A stretch of DNA of 45,909 nucleotides from an uncultured archaeon (lineage in GTDB: Archaea; Asgardarchaeota; Lokiarchaeia; Helarchaeales; HEL-GB-B): positions 1-45,909 of the forward strand of contig CAZYEE010000002.1 of NCBI GenBank assembly GCA_964646355.1. Direction: 5' to 3'. Shown piece by piece: positions 9,655 through 17,985 of this stretch. Position 1 is the first letter of the stretch, and every line of letters begins with the position of its first letter. The position numbers and the translations under genes are program-made. The notes under the pieces were generated by a model. It ran no database searches and was not told the DNA's origin. It saw only the letters and a list, made by a program, of their open reading frames with translations.

Positions 9655-10253
9655 TTTTGATCACAGATTGCTTGATTAATTTATTTACTTTCAGTTATTC
9701 TGGCTGATATAAGAATTTCTTTTGTCCTTTTGCTTATTTTAATTTTTCTGCAAAACTGAAGCCTTTTTATTTTTCTCACATTTTCATTCTCATTTTAATA
9801 TTGAAGTAGATTCATTTAATTAATAAAATTGAAATATTAGTGGTGTTCTTCAATAATTTGTCAATCTTTAATATTATGAGTTAATTTTTTAAATAAGAAT
9901 TTATTTATAATAGAGAATTAAAGATTTTTTTTTCTGATTTTTTATTAATTTGATTATCAAAAATTCAGTAAACATTAAAAAAGATTTAAATCAAATTTAG
10001 AATTTATCTAAGTATATATTCTAAAATTTTTTACAAAATTGAATATAATAGTGTTTAATAAATGAGAATAATAAACCTATAACGCTATAGACTGGATATT
10101 AATATATAATGATATTTTAAGAATTGTGTTTATTAAATATTGAAATGAATTAACGATGAATGAAATAATATTTGCCAATAATTAAAATATGAAGAAAAAT
10201 TTTAATATAATGTTTTAATATTGGAAACCTTGAAAAAAATAATTAAAAATAAT

Positions 10254-10326
10254 GCCAGGATAGTCTAGTTGGCGAGGCGGCGGCCTGCAGAGCCGCTTTA
10301 CATGGGTTCAAGTCCCATTCCTGGCT
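10254..10326 (+). tRNA. tRNA-Cys (anticodon GCA), no intron, no encoded CCA
   Basis: Manual cloverleaf. Acceptor GCCAGGA/TCCTGGC; D stem GTCT/AGGC; anticodon stem GCGGC/GCCGC with loop CTGCAGA (GCA at 10287-10289). Variable loop TTTAC; T arm ATGGG-TTCAAGT-CCCAT. Discriminator is U, as expected for tRNA-Cys. Confidence 0.95.
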
Positions 10327-10391
10327 TCTTAATTATTATTTTAAATTTCTATATGTTTACTTCACGATCAAAAATACTACTTTTGAATAAT

Positions 10392-11252
10392 TTATAGAAT
10401 TTCAGTTATATCAAGACTTAAATTTAATGCTTTTGAACTATGAGTTAAATATCCTAGAGAAATGATATCTACATCCAACTCTGCATATTCTTGAATGTTT
10501 TGAGGCGTAATATTGCCAGATATTTCAAGAATTAGGTTTTCACGTAATCCATATTTTTGTAGCTCATGGATAACAGATTTTGCATCATCAGGAGAAAAAT
10601 TGTCTAACATTAGGATATCCACGCCGAATTTTGCTCCATTAATCGCTTCTTCTTTCGTTTTAACTTCAAGTTCAATCTTTTTTGAAAAACTTAATTTATT
10701 CTTGAGGTCTTTAATAGCGCGCTCTAAATTTTTAATACAAAATAAATGATTGTCTTTAATAAGTATCATATCATCTAGTCTATACCTATGAGAATCTCCA
10801 CCTCCGATAATAACTGCCCGTTTTTCAAAATAACGGAATCCTGGAGTAGTTTTTCTCGTACATGCAATCTTTACCTTATCATTAACCGATTTAACTTTTT
10901 CAACTAATTGATTGGTAAGCGTCGCAATTCCACTCATACGCATAAGAATATTTAATAGTGTTCTCTCTACGGTTAAAATAGATTTGGCTTTACCTTCTAA
11001 AAGAATGATTTTGGAATTTTCTCGAATTTCTGAACCATCATTTACAAGAACAGTATATTCGATGTCCATTAGCTCGCATAAAATAGTTGCTTCCTTAACT
11101 CCAGCTATTATACCTTTAGTCCTCGAAAAAACACATGCCTTGACTTTCATACTATCAGGAATCAGCAAATTTGAAGTGAGATCTCCAAATCCAATGTCTT
11201 CTTCTAAAAATTCAAGTAATTTCTTTTTTAAAATTGAGTTAGGAACTTCCAT
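10392..11252 (-). CDS. nadC: Nicotinate-nucleotide pyrophosphorylase (quinolinate phosphoribosyltransferase)
   Basis: EEDIGFGDLTS, ERTLLNILMRMSGIAT, TRKTTPGFR, GGGDSHRYRLDD..LIKDNH. 286 aa. Confidence 0.9.
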   Translation of the reverse strand: MEVPNSILKKKLLEFLEEDIGFGDLTSNLLIPDSMKVKACVFSRTKGIIAGVKEATILCELMDIEYTVLVNDGSEIRENSKIILLEGKAKSILTVERTLLNILMRMSGIATLTNQLVEKVKSVNDKVKIACTRKTTPGFRYFEKRAVIIGGGDSHRYRLDDMILIKDNHLFCIKNLERAIKDLKNKLSFSKKIELEVKTKEEAINGAKFGVDILMLDNFSPDDAKSVIHELQKYGLRENLILEISGNITPQNIQEYAELDVDIISLGYLTHSSKALNLSLDITEIL

Positions 11253-11271
11253 TTTAAATCATTTAGTAAAT

Positions 11272-11748
11272 TTATTCAGAATAATTTTTAACTTTTTCTA
11301 GTTGTTTTCTAATTTTAACCCAATGCATTCCTTCATAGTATATTTTTCCACATTTTTTATTCGTACATATCCAATATTTTTCAAATCTTAAGTAAGTTTT
11401 TTCAGGTACCTTTCCTTTAATTTTCTCTTTAGGAATCGGCGTGATTTCACTATTACATACTGGGCACCTTGATTTATTGGAATCTAATTCTAGATTAAGC
11501 GAGAATCTTTTATAGATTTCATGAAAATTTCTTGTAAAATCAACAGATCGAAGTAATATGAACGGAATATTTCTTGATCTTGCTCGTTCAGAAAGTTGGA
11601 CATCTCTCGTTATAATTATTCTATTCTCCTTTTTTGCAATTTCCAATATCTCTGAATCACTTATATCATTTGGGTAGAAAGTGTCATAACCTAAAATTCT
11701 TAGATATCTTGCAATTCGACCATGCATTGCATCTGTAACAAATTTCAT
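11272..11748 (-). CDS. Mut7-C/DUF82-type PIN-like RNase domain protein with zinc ribbon
   Basis: MKFVTDAMHGRIARYLRILGYDT is the hallmark N-terminus of the family. It also has CPVCN ... C..KKCG. The track ORF starts at GTG 11766, but ATG at 11748 fits the family N-terminus. Confidence 0.7.
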   Translation of the reverse strand: MKFVTDAMHGRIARYLRILGYDTFYPNDISDSEILEIAKKENRIIITRDVQLSERARSRNIPFILLRSVDFTRNFHEIYKRFSLNLELDSNKSRCPVCNSEITPIPKEKIKGKVPEKTYLRFEKYWICTNKKCGKIYYEGMHWVKIRKQLEKVKNYSE

Positions 11749-11951
11749 GATAAACCCAAGAATCACATTCTAAATTTGTAATAACAAAAATTCAATTTAA
11801 ATCATTTGTTTTAAAAACTTTTATTTTTTCATCTGTTCAGATGTCGAAATATTAGGTATAGTAATTTAATATCAATATAATTATTCTAATTGGATTATTT
11901 TTAACGGTCTTATGCGATTTTAAATATTTATTTAATATAATTCAATATTAG

Positions 11952-13313
11952 TTAATATTTTTTTAATATTATTTTTCCATTTCCCTTGTCGAAACAGATT
12001 TCGTCATTTTTCATTGCTAATTTTCCGTTAATAAAAGTCATAATTGGTTTACCTTTACATTTAAAGTTTTTAAATGGAGAATATTTTGCTTTTGAATAGA
12101 ATTTATTTGGGTCTATTTCAAATTCAATTTTTGGATCGATAACCACCAGATCAGCGTCATAATTTATGGCTATCTGACCCTTATTTTTGATCTTAAATAA
12201 TTTAGCTGGATATTCGGAGAAAAATTTGCATACATCGAAAATTGAAAAAATGCCTTGGTTTACTTTAATTAATAATAATGGTAATACTGTTTCAAGATTT
12301 GGAATACCAGATGGAGCACGTGAAAATGACAAATTTTTCTCATCTAATGAATGTGGTGCATGATCTGTTCCAATCACTTCAATAATCCCCGATTTTAACG
12401 CTTCTATTAATTTGATACAATCCTTATGCGTTCTTAAAGGAGGCAACATTTTGGCATAAGAGCCCCACTTATACAAATCTTTTTCGGTTAAAAACATATG
12501 GTGTGGAGTAACTTCTGAGGTGATTTTTAGGTTGTGATTTTGTGCTTTAAAATTAGAAATTAGTTGGATGTCCATAGCTGTGCTTAGATGACAAAAATGT
12601 ATATGACAATCAATATCCTTACAAATATCTAAAATGAATTCGATAGTTCTGAATTCATTAGTCTCATCATGTATTTTAAGAAATTTGGATATTTCATCAT
12701 CATTTTCATGAATTTTTAATTTTTCTTCGACCAAATATTTGAACTCAGGATGAATTAAAACGCTTAATTGGTTCTCTGCACATCTTTTTATTATATTTAT
12801 AAATATTTCAGCATTATTATATTCATAATCAGTCATTGGATTATTTAACAATAATTTTACTCCAAAAATTCCCATTTTAGAGAGAGCTTGTAGTTCGTCC
12901 AGATTTTTCGGAACCCCCGAATAAAAGCCCACATTGCATACTATCTTTTTACGAGCAGTCTCTATCTTTTGATTTAATTTTTCGGTTGAAATTGTTGGTG
13001 GCTTGGTATTCGGCATGTCGAGAATAGTTGTAATTCCACCATGTAAAGCTGCTGCGGTAGCAGTAAAATAATCCTCCTTATATGCTAGGCACATATCTCT
13101 ACAATGCACATGAACATCAATTAAACCAGGAAGTACTAACTTATTTTTTATATCAATAGTAGTATCAGCTTTCAATAAATTATTAGATTTAGATATTTTG
13201 GCAATTTTACTATCCAGAATGGATATTCCGCCATCTACTATCTCTGAGCCCATTACTATTTTACAATTAATGAGGTTTAAATCGCATGACTGAGTATTGC
13301 TATCAAAAGACAT
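11952..13313 (-). CDS. Cyclic amidohydrolase, most likely dihydroorotase
   Basis: PGLIDVHVHCRD (HxH metal site), GITTILDMPNTKP and GTDHAPH. 453 aa. Dihydroorotase cannot be separated from allantoinase or hydantoinase by eye. Confidence 0.75.
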   Translation of the reverse strand: MSFDSNTQSCDLNLINCKIVMGSEIVDGGISILDSKIAKISKSNNLLKADTTIDIKNKLVLPGLIDVHVHCRDMCLAYKEDYFTATAAALHGGITTILDMPNTKPPTISTEKLNQKIETARKKIVCNVGFYSGVPKNLDELQALSKMGIFGVKLLLNNPMTDYEYNNAEIFINIIKRCAENQLSVLIHPEFKYLVEEKLKIHENDDEISKFLKIHDETNEFRTIEFILDICKDIDCHIHFCHLSTAMDIQLISNFKAQNHNLKITSEVTPHHMFLTEKDLYKWGSYAKMLPPLRTHKDCIKLIEALKSGIIEVIGTDHAPHSLDEKNLSFSRAPSGIPNLETVLPLLLIKVNQGIFSIFDVCKFFSEYPAKLFKIKNKGQIAINYDADLVVIDPKIEFEIDPNKFYSKAKYSPFKNFKCKGKPIMTFINGKLAMKNDEICFDKGNGKIILKKY

Positions 13314-13398
13314 CTTAAATAAACTATATTAAAATTATTTAAAAAGCTCCTTCTTTATTCTTTTATTAACTAACTCTAAATTAAATTGAAAAAGAGAA

Positions 13399-13947
13399 AT
13401 GAAGATGATCATAGGATTAGTAGGAAAAATTGGAGCAGGTAAGGATAGTTTTGCTAAAATATTATTGAATAAATTTAATTTTGATGAACAGATTAGATTT
13501 AGCGACCCCTTAACTGAATTTATGATCGGGATTGGATTGGAGTTAAATAGAGAAAATTATATGAAAGTAGGTTATTATTTAAGAAAAATTTTTGGAAAAA
13601 AGGTCGTAATTGATACTATAATCCGTAGAATAAAAGATAAATCAGATAAAAAATTGGTAGTCAATGGTATTAGATATAAAATAGAATTCGATGCCATAAA
13701 GAGTTTAGGTGGAATTATTGTTGGAATTATTACAAATGACGAAATTAGATTTCAAAGAATAAATGAACGTAAACGTTTCGATAGAGAAATAAGTTGGGAA
13801 GAGTTTCTCGAGTATGACAAACGAGAAACTGAAGTAGAGATTGATGATCTTTTAAAAATGACAGATTATACGATTGAAAATAATGGTACACTTGAAGACT
13901 TAGAAAATGAAATAAAAAAATTACTTGCTATAATTAAAAAGTATTAA
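13399..13947 (+). CDS. Small P-loop nucleotide kinase (archaeal UPF0200/CoaE-like)
   Basis: Walker A is GLVGKIGAGKDS. Size is 182 aa, with a VNGIR... core and a lid-like R-rich segment (RFQRINERKRFDRE). Confidence 0.6.
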   Translation: MKMIIGLVGKIGAGKDSFAKILLNKFNFDEQIRFSDPLTEFMIGIGLELNRENYMKVGYYLRKIFGKKVVIDTIIRRIKDKSDKKLVVNGIRYKIEFDAIKSLGGIIVGIITNDEIRFQRINERKRFDREISWEEFLEYDKRETEVEIDDLLKMTDYTIENNGTLEDLENEIKKLLAIIKKY

Positions 13948-13949
13948 AA

Positions 13950-14105
13950 ATGATAAATATCCATCTTCAAATATTATTAAGTCCTCTTTTAATTATAATA
14001 ATTGGGGATATAGCTGGTAAAGTTAATTTATTCCAAAAAAATGAAATAATTTTACTTAATAAATTATCATTTTTTTTGAGATTCCATTTACTTCAACTTA
14101 ATTGA
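13950..14105 (+). pseudogene. Possible truncated N-terminal remnant of an auxin-efflux-carrier (AEC) family permease, or a small membrane peptide
   Basis: My own translation of a 51-codon ORF gives MINIHLQILLSPLLIIIIGDIAGKVNLFQKNEIILLNKLSFFLRFHLLQLN. It resembles the conserved N-terminus of AEC permeases (hydrophobic helix, G, then short polar loop, LNKL). No downstream continuation exists in any frame. Confidence 0.3.
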
Positions 14106-14228
14106 TTGAATCGAAAATTTTTTAATACTCGAAGATATGTTTTGTATATAGATGTAAAAGTAAGAATAAAAGTCTTCGATAAGTATTAGAATAGTGCAGG
14201 GATAGCCAAGCGGTCAACGGCGCTGGAC

Positions 14229-14255
14229 AATCTGGGATTTTCCCGGATTCCAGAC
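14229..14255 (+). other. tRNA-Leu intron 1 (27 nt), non-canonical position about 32/33
   Basis: A 4-bp helix CTGG(14223-26):CCAG(14050+200-53, i.e. 14250-14253) is flanked by the bulge AC(A) on the 5' strand and ACT on the 3' strand. The inner intron hairpin is AATCTGGGA-TTT-TCCCGGATT. Because GAC is duplicated, the junction can slide by up to 3 nt without changing the mature sequence. Confidence 0.7.
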
Positions 14256-14260
14256 TCAAG

Positions 14261-14276
14261 GTCTATGTGATGTGAA
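14261..14276 (+). other. tRNA-Leu intron 2 (16 nt), canonical position 37/38
   Basis: Relaxed BHB. The central helix is C14255-G14274, (T.T), C14257-G14272, A14258-T14271. The bulges are AGG (14259-61) and AAA (14275-77). The inner pairs are T14262-A14270 and C14263-G14269. Confidence 0.75.
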
Positions 14277-14307
14277 ATCCAGTCGTGTAGACGTTCATGG
14301 GTTCGAA

Positions 14308-14334
14308 AATTCTCCCATTATGGGAGGTCGAAAT
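14308..14334 (+). other. tRNA-Leu intron 3 (27 nt), T-loop position 59/60
   Basis: Strict hBHBh' motif. The outer helix is the T stem ATGGG:CCCAT. The central 4-bp helix is TTCG(14302-05):CGAA(14329-32). The 3-nt bulges are AAA (14306-08) and ATT (14333-35). The inner hairpin is CTCCCA-TTA-TGGGAG. Splicing gives the consensus T loop TTCGAAT. Confidence 0.85.
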
Positions 14335-14360
14335 TCCCATTCCCTGCACTATCCTTATTT

Positions 14361-15368
14361 TTGGTGTCTTTAATGCTGGAATTAAAAAATTATTTTACAA
14401 AGGATAATTTGAAATCTATTTTGATTTCAACTCATTTAAATTCCGATCCGGATGGTATTTTTAGTTCAATAACATTTATATCGTTTATAAAACATTTTTG
14501 TAAAGATTGTGAGGTTAAAATTTATTCAGAAGATTTCACTTTAATTACCAGGAAAATAATTGATGAATTAAATTATTGGAATCTAATAACACAAGATTTG
14601 GATGGAGTAAACCCGGATGTTATTGTTTTAATTGATGTGAATAATATTGAGATTATTGGTAAAATCAAGGATTTAATTATTAATGGGACGCCATTTATCG
14701 TGATAGATCATCATTCAGATATGAAACGGAGAAAATATGAACCTATCTTTTCAATAATAATGGAGGACTATAGTTCAGCTGCTGAAGTTATTTTTGAATT
14801 ATTTGAAAAAAACAATATCAAGTTGAGTCAAGCAGATGCAAAGAATCTGCTTTTAGGAATATTATACGATACTAAGCATTTTACAATAGCTACAAATAGG
14901 ACTTTTCAAATAGTGAATGAAATTTTGAAAAAAGGTGTGAGTTATAGAGATACTATTAGAATGTTAAGATATCCACTTGAACGCTCAGAAAAAATTGCAA
15001 GATTAAAAGCCGGAAATAGAGCAAAAATTCATACAATTGGAGATTGGATAATAGTTTCATCAGAAATTAGCTCATATGAAGCAAGCGCATGTCGGGGATT
15101 ATTGAATTTAGGGGCGGATGTTGCAATAGTTCAATCCCTGAGAAAAAACGAAACGAGGGTGAGTTTGAGGTCCACACAGGAATTTTATGAAAGTACAAAT
15201 ATCTCATTAAGTGATTTATGTATTGAGTTGATCGAAATTTACAAAAATTCTGGAAATTTAGAATTATCAGCTGGTGGACACACTACAGCAGCAGGAATTA
15301 ATACATCAATGAAAAATAAAAGTTTAATAGACACAATTATTGAACTGATTAAAAAAAAATTAAAATAG
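14361..15368 (+). CDS. DHH-family phosphoesterase (NrnA/RecJ-like core, DHH + DHHA1)
   Basis: Motifs STHLNSDPDG, VLIDVNN, VIDHHSD and the DHHA1 motif AGGHTTAAG. The start is ambiguous between TTG 14361, GTG 14364 and ATG 14373. Confidence 0.8.
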   Translation: MVSLMLELKNYFTKDNLKSILISTHLNSDPDGIFSSITFISFIKHFCKDCEVKIYSEDFTLITRKIIDELNYWNLITQDLDGVNPDVIVLIDVNNIEIIGKIKDLIINGTPFIVIDHHSDMKRRKYEPIFSIIMEDYSSAAEVIFELFEKNNIKLSQADAKNLLLGILYDTKHFTIATNRTFQIVNEILKKGVSYRDTIRMLRYPLERSEKIARLKAGNRAKIHTIGDWIIVSSEISSYEASACRGLLNLGADVAIVQSLRKNETRVSLRSTQEFYESTNISLSDLCIELIEIYKNSGNLELSAGGHTTAAGINTSMKNKSLIDTIIELIKKKLK

Positions 15369-15479
15369 ATTTTATAATAAAGAATTTGAAAAAGTATAGT
15401 TGAATAGTTCTTTATTAATCGACTAATTACTCTAAACATATCAAAAATTAGACACAATAATTTAGAAAGAGGTCGCTTA

Positions 15480-16337
15480 ATGGACATTATTGTAATAGAA
15501 AATTTGAGTTTTGCATATGCCAGTAATCCGGAAATAGAAGTATTAAAGGATATTAATTTAAGAATCCAAAGAGGTGATTTTGTTTTATTATGTGGACCAA
15601 CTGGATGTGGTAAGACCACATTAATCGAGTGTCTAAATGGGCTGGTCCCACATTTCCATTCTGGGGAAATAAAAGGGCGAATAATTGTAGCAAATAAGGA
15701 GGTCATATATACTCCAGTCCATGAAATGAGTAAATATGTAGGAATAGTATTTCAAAATCCAGAAAATCAATTAATTTCAATGAATGTTGAAAAAGAGCTT
15801 AGTTTTGCATTGGAAAATTTTGGTGTAGATCCCATTGAGATGAGAAAAAGGGTAGACAAAGTTTTAAGAATGTTGAATATAGAAGATTTGAGATATAAAG
15901 CTCCATATGATCTTTCGGGTGGACAACAACAAAGAGTCGCTATTGCATCCATATTAACATTAAATCCTGATATTATTATATTTGATGAGCCTACTTCAAA
16001 CCTAGATCCAGTAAGTACAATACAAATTCTTGAATTAATCAATAACCTCAATAAAAAATATGGTAAAACGATAATCTTAATCGAACATAGATTAGAAATG
16101 GTCCTTAAATATGTTAATAAAATAGTCGTAATGAACGAAGGAAAAATAATTCGAGAAGGGCCACCTGAACAAATAATCATCGATGATAAATTAGAAAATC
16201 TCGGATTAAGAATCCCTAAAATAATCCAATTATATAAATTATTGATAAAAAATGGGTTTAAATTAAATAAAATTCCGCTTACTATTAATGATATGGCAGA
16301 GTTATTAATAAACTTGGTGGAAGGAGAAAATGATTGA
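15480..16337 (+). CDS. ecfA1: ECF transporter ATPase component (EcfA1/CbiO-like)
   Basis: Walker A GPTGCGKTT, signature LSGGQQQR and Walker B IIIFDEPTS. It is followed by a second ATPase and a T component. Confidence 0.85.
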   Translation: MDIIVIENLSFAYASNPEIEVLKDINLRIQRGDFVLLCGPTGCGKTTLIECLNGLVPHFHSGEIKGRIIVANKEVIYTPVHEMSKYVGIVFQNPENQLISMNVEKELSFALENFGVDPIEMRKRVDKVLRMLNIEDLRYKAPYDLSGGQQQRVAIASILTLNPDIIIFDEPTSNLDPVSTIQILELINNLNKKYGKTIILIEHRLEMVLKYVNKIVVMNEGKIIREGPPEQIIIDDKLENLGLRIPKIIQLYKLLIKNGFKLNKIPLTINDMAELLINLVEGEND

Positions 16338-17157
16338 ATGTTTTGGTATCTCATTTACATATCCCGACAATGTTCAGGCGCTTAGGAATATTAATCTCAG
16401 AATAGAGGATAAGGAATTTGTTGCTATAATAGGAGAGAATGGTGCTGGTAAGACTACATTGGCAAAATGTATAAATGGATTATTAAGACCACAGGTAGGT
16501 AAAATATATATAGATGGTGAAGACACGTCCAAGCAGTCTGTCGCCCAATTGGCTAGAAAAATTGGTTTTGTTTTTCAAAATTCAGACCATCAAATTTTTG
16601 CACAAACTGTAGAAGATGAAATTATGTTTGGACTTAAGAATTTAAATTTCGAGAAAGAAGAAATTGAAAAAAGGACTGAAAATATATTAAAAAATTTGAA
16701 TTTAAAACAATATAGAGATGTATCACCATTTAATTTAAGTGGAGGAGAAAGAAAAAGAGTTGCTCTAGCTTCAATTTTATGTTTAGACCCTGAGATTCTA
16801 ATTCTTGATGAACCTACCTTAGGACAGGATTCGCACCAAAAGGAATACCTTATAAAATTGATAAACGATTTACGGGATAAAGGAAAGACTATTCTAATTA
16901 TTACTCACGATATAGAATTTGCATCGGAATATGTACCGAGATTAATTGTGATGAGTAAAGGTAGAATAATTGCGGATGGGCCAAATGATGTAATTTCAAA
17001 TAATGAATTTATTTTAAAAAATGCGAGTCTAATGCTTCCACAATTGCCGGCATTATCAAAAGCATTAAAAAAGCATAAGAAATTTGAAAATCTTAAAGCT
17101 AATTACTCAGATGTATATTCATATTATAACGAAATTAAAAAATATTTGAAGAGTTGA
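16330..17157 (+). CDS. ecfA2: ECF transporter ATPase component (EcfA2/CbiO-like)
   Basis: Walker A GENGAGKTT, signature LSGGERKR and Walker B ILILDEPT. The start overlaps the ecfA1 stop by 8 nt (ATGATTGA). Confidence 0.85.
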   Translation: MIECFGISFTYPDNVQALRNINLRIEDKEFVAIIGENGAGKTTLAKCINGLLRPQVGKIYIDGEDTSKQSVAQLARKIGFVFQNSDHQIFAQTVEDEIMFGLKNLNFEKEEIEKRTENILKNLNLKQYRDVSPFNLSGGERKRVALASILCLDPEILILDEPTLGQDSHQKEYLIKLINDLRDKGKTILIITHDIEFASEYVPRLIVMSKGRIIADGPNDVISNNEFILKNASLMLPQLPALSKALKKHKKFENLKANYSDVYSYYNEIKKYLKS

Positions 17158-17164
17158 AATTAAA

Positions 17165-17938
17165 ATGTCGATAAATACCGCTGCTATACTTGATATTTTT
17201 AAATTTAAGAGAAAAAATACTATTATACATAAATTGGATCCTCGTACTAAACTATATTATGCTTTAGTTATCTCAATCTTAGCCCTAATTTTTGTGGATA
17301 TAATACCATTAATGATTATTTTTGTTTCAACAATACCAATGTTTATAGCAGCTAAGTCATTAAGAAATTGGTATTACACAATCAAGGGGCTTTTTATTTT
17401 AGTGTTAATAATCGTAATAATTGATACGTTATTTATTTCATTTTCGCTTGCCATTTCAATGGTATTTAGGCTATTTAGTCTAATAACTTCTTTTTCGCTA
17501 TTTTTTCTTACAACACATCCGGATGATTTTTCTCAAGCTTTAATCCAAATGCATATACCATATTCCTTTGCGTTTACTTTAAGTTTATCAGTAAGATTTA
17601 TTCCAACTTTAGGTACTGAAACCCAGACTGTAATGGAGGCACAGATGAGTAGAGGTTTGGAACTACAAAAAGGAAATATGTTAAAAAGAGTTAGAAATTT
17701 TATTCCTATTATTGTTCCAATGATTGTATTATCGATAAGAAGAGCATTATTAATTGCTGAAAGCCTCGAATCAAGGGGTTTCGGTGTCTCAGAAACAAGG
17801 ACATATCTTTATAAATTGAAAATGAGCTGGAAAGACTATTTGATAATAGTTTTTCTAACATTAATTCTTGTATTATCAGTAATTTTTGTATATTATATCG
17901 GATTACCACAATTTTTAATATATAAAATTCCTTTTTAA
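17165..17938 (+). CDS. ecfT: ECF transporter transmembrane T component (EcfT/CbiQ-like)
   Basis: Polytopic membrane protein of 257 aa with the conserved Arg-rich coupling helices (...MSRG..., ...ESRGFG...). It lies directly downstream of the two EcfA genes. No S component is in the window. Confidence 0.8.
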   Translation: MSINTAAILDIFKFKRKNTIIHKLDPRTKLYYALVISILALIFVDIIPLMIIFVSTIPMFIAAKSLRNWYYTIKGLFILVLIIVIIDTLFISFSLAISMVFRLFSLITSFSLFFLTTHPDDFSQALIQMHIPYSFAFTLSLSVRFIPTLGTETQTVMEAQMSRGLELQKGNMLKRVRNFIPIIVPMIVLSIRRALLIAESLESRGFGVSETRTYLYKLKMSWKDYLIIVFLTLILVLSVIFVYYIGLPQFLIYKIPF

Positions 17939-17985
17939 AATAATAAATAATTTTTAAAAAATACCACCAAAAATAAGGGAATAAT

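Larger units (their letters stand above)
14196..14348 (+). tRNA. tRNA-Leu (anticodon CAA), class II, interrupted by three introns (mature length 83 nt)
   Basis: Acceptor GCAGGGA/TCCCTGC with discriminator A. D arm GCC-AAGCGGTCAAC-GGC. Anticodon arm CTGGA-CUCAAGA-TCCAG is assembled from exons. Long variable arm T-CGT-GTAG-ACG-TTC. T arm ATGGG-TTCGAAT-CCCAT is assembled from exons. Exons are 14196-14228, 14256-14260, 14277-14307 and 14335-14348. Confidence 0.85.

Noticed and set aside
9655-10253. Replication origin (oriC) in the long AT-rich spacer
   Set aside because: I found no ORB-like inverted or direct repeats and no adjacent orc1/cdc6 gene. AT-richness alone is uninformative in this genome.
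14193-14350. 10-bp perfect complementarity (AGTGCAGGGA / TCCCTGCACT) suggesting a longer acceptor stem or a different tRNA boundary
   Set aside because: A 7-bp acceptor stem with discriminator A gives a canonical class II tRNA-Leu. The three extra pairs are most simply precursor flanks pairing by chance or a processing helix, not part of the mature tRNA.
15239-16354. Antisense or overlapping ORFs such as 15239..15706 (-) and 15767..16354 (-). Similar shadow ORFs elsewhere include 1292..1648, 2076..2483, 3623..3922, 4235..4462, 6250..6642, 9326..9679, 10912..11301, 19059..19427, 26915..27301, 28544..28912, 44817..45317 and 44930..45148.
   Set aside because: Each lies opposite or out of frame within a gene that has strong family motifs. 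The translated products are Ser/Ile/Phe/Leu-rich low-complexity sequences typical of antisense frames in AT-rich coding DNA.
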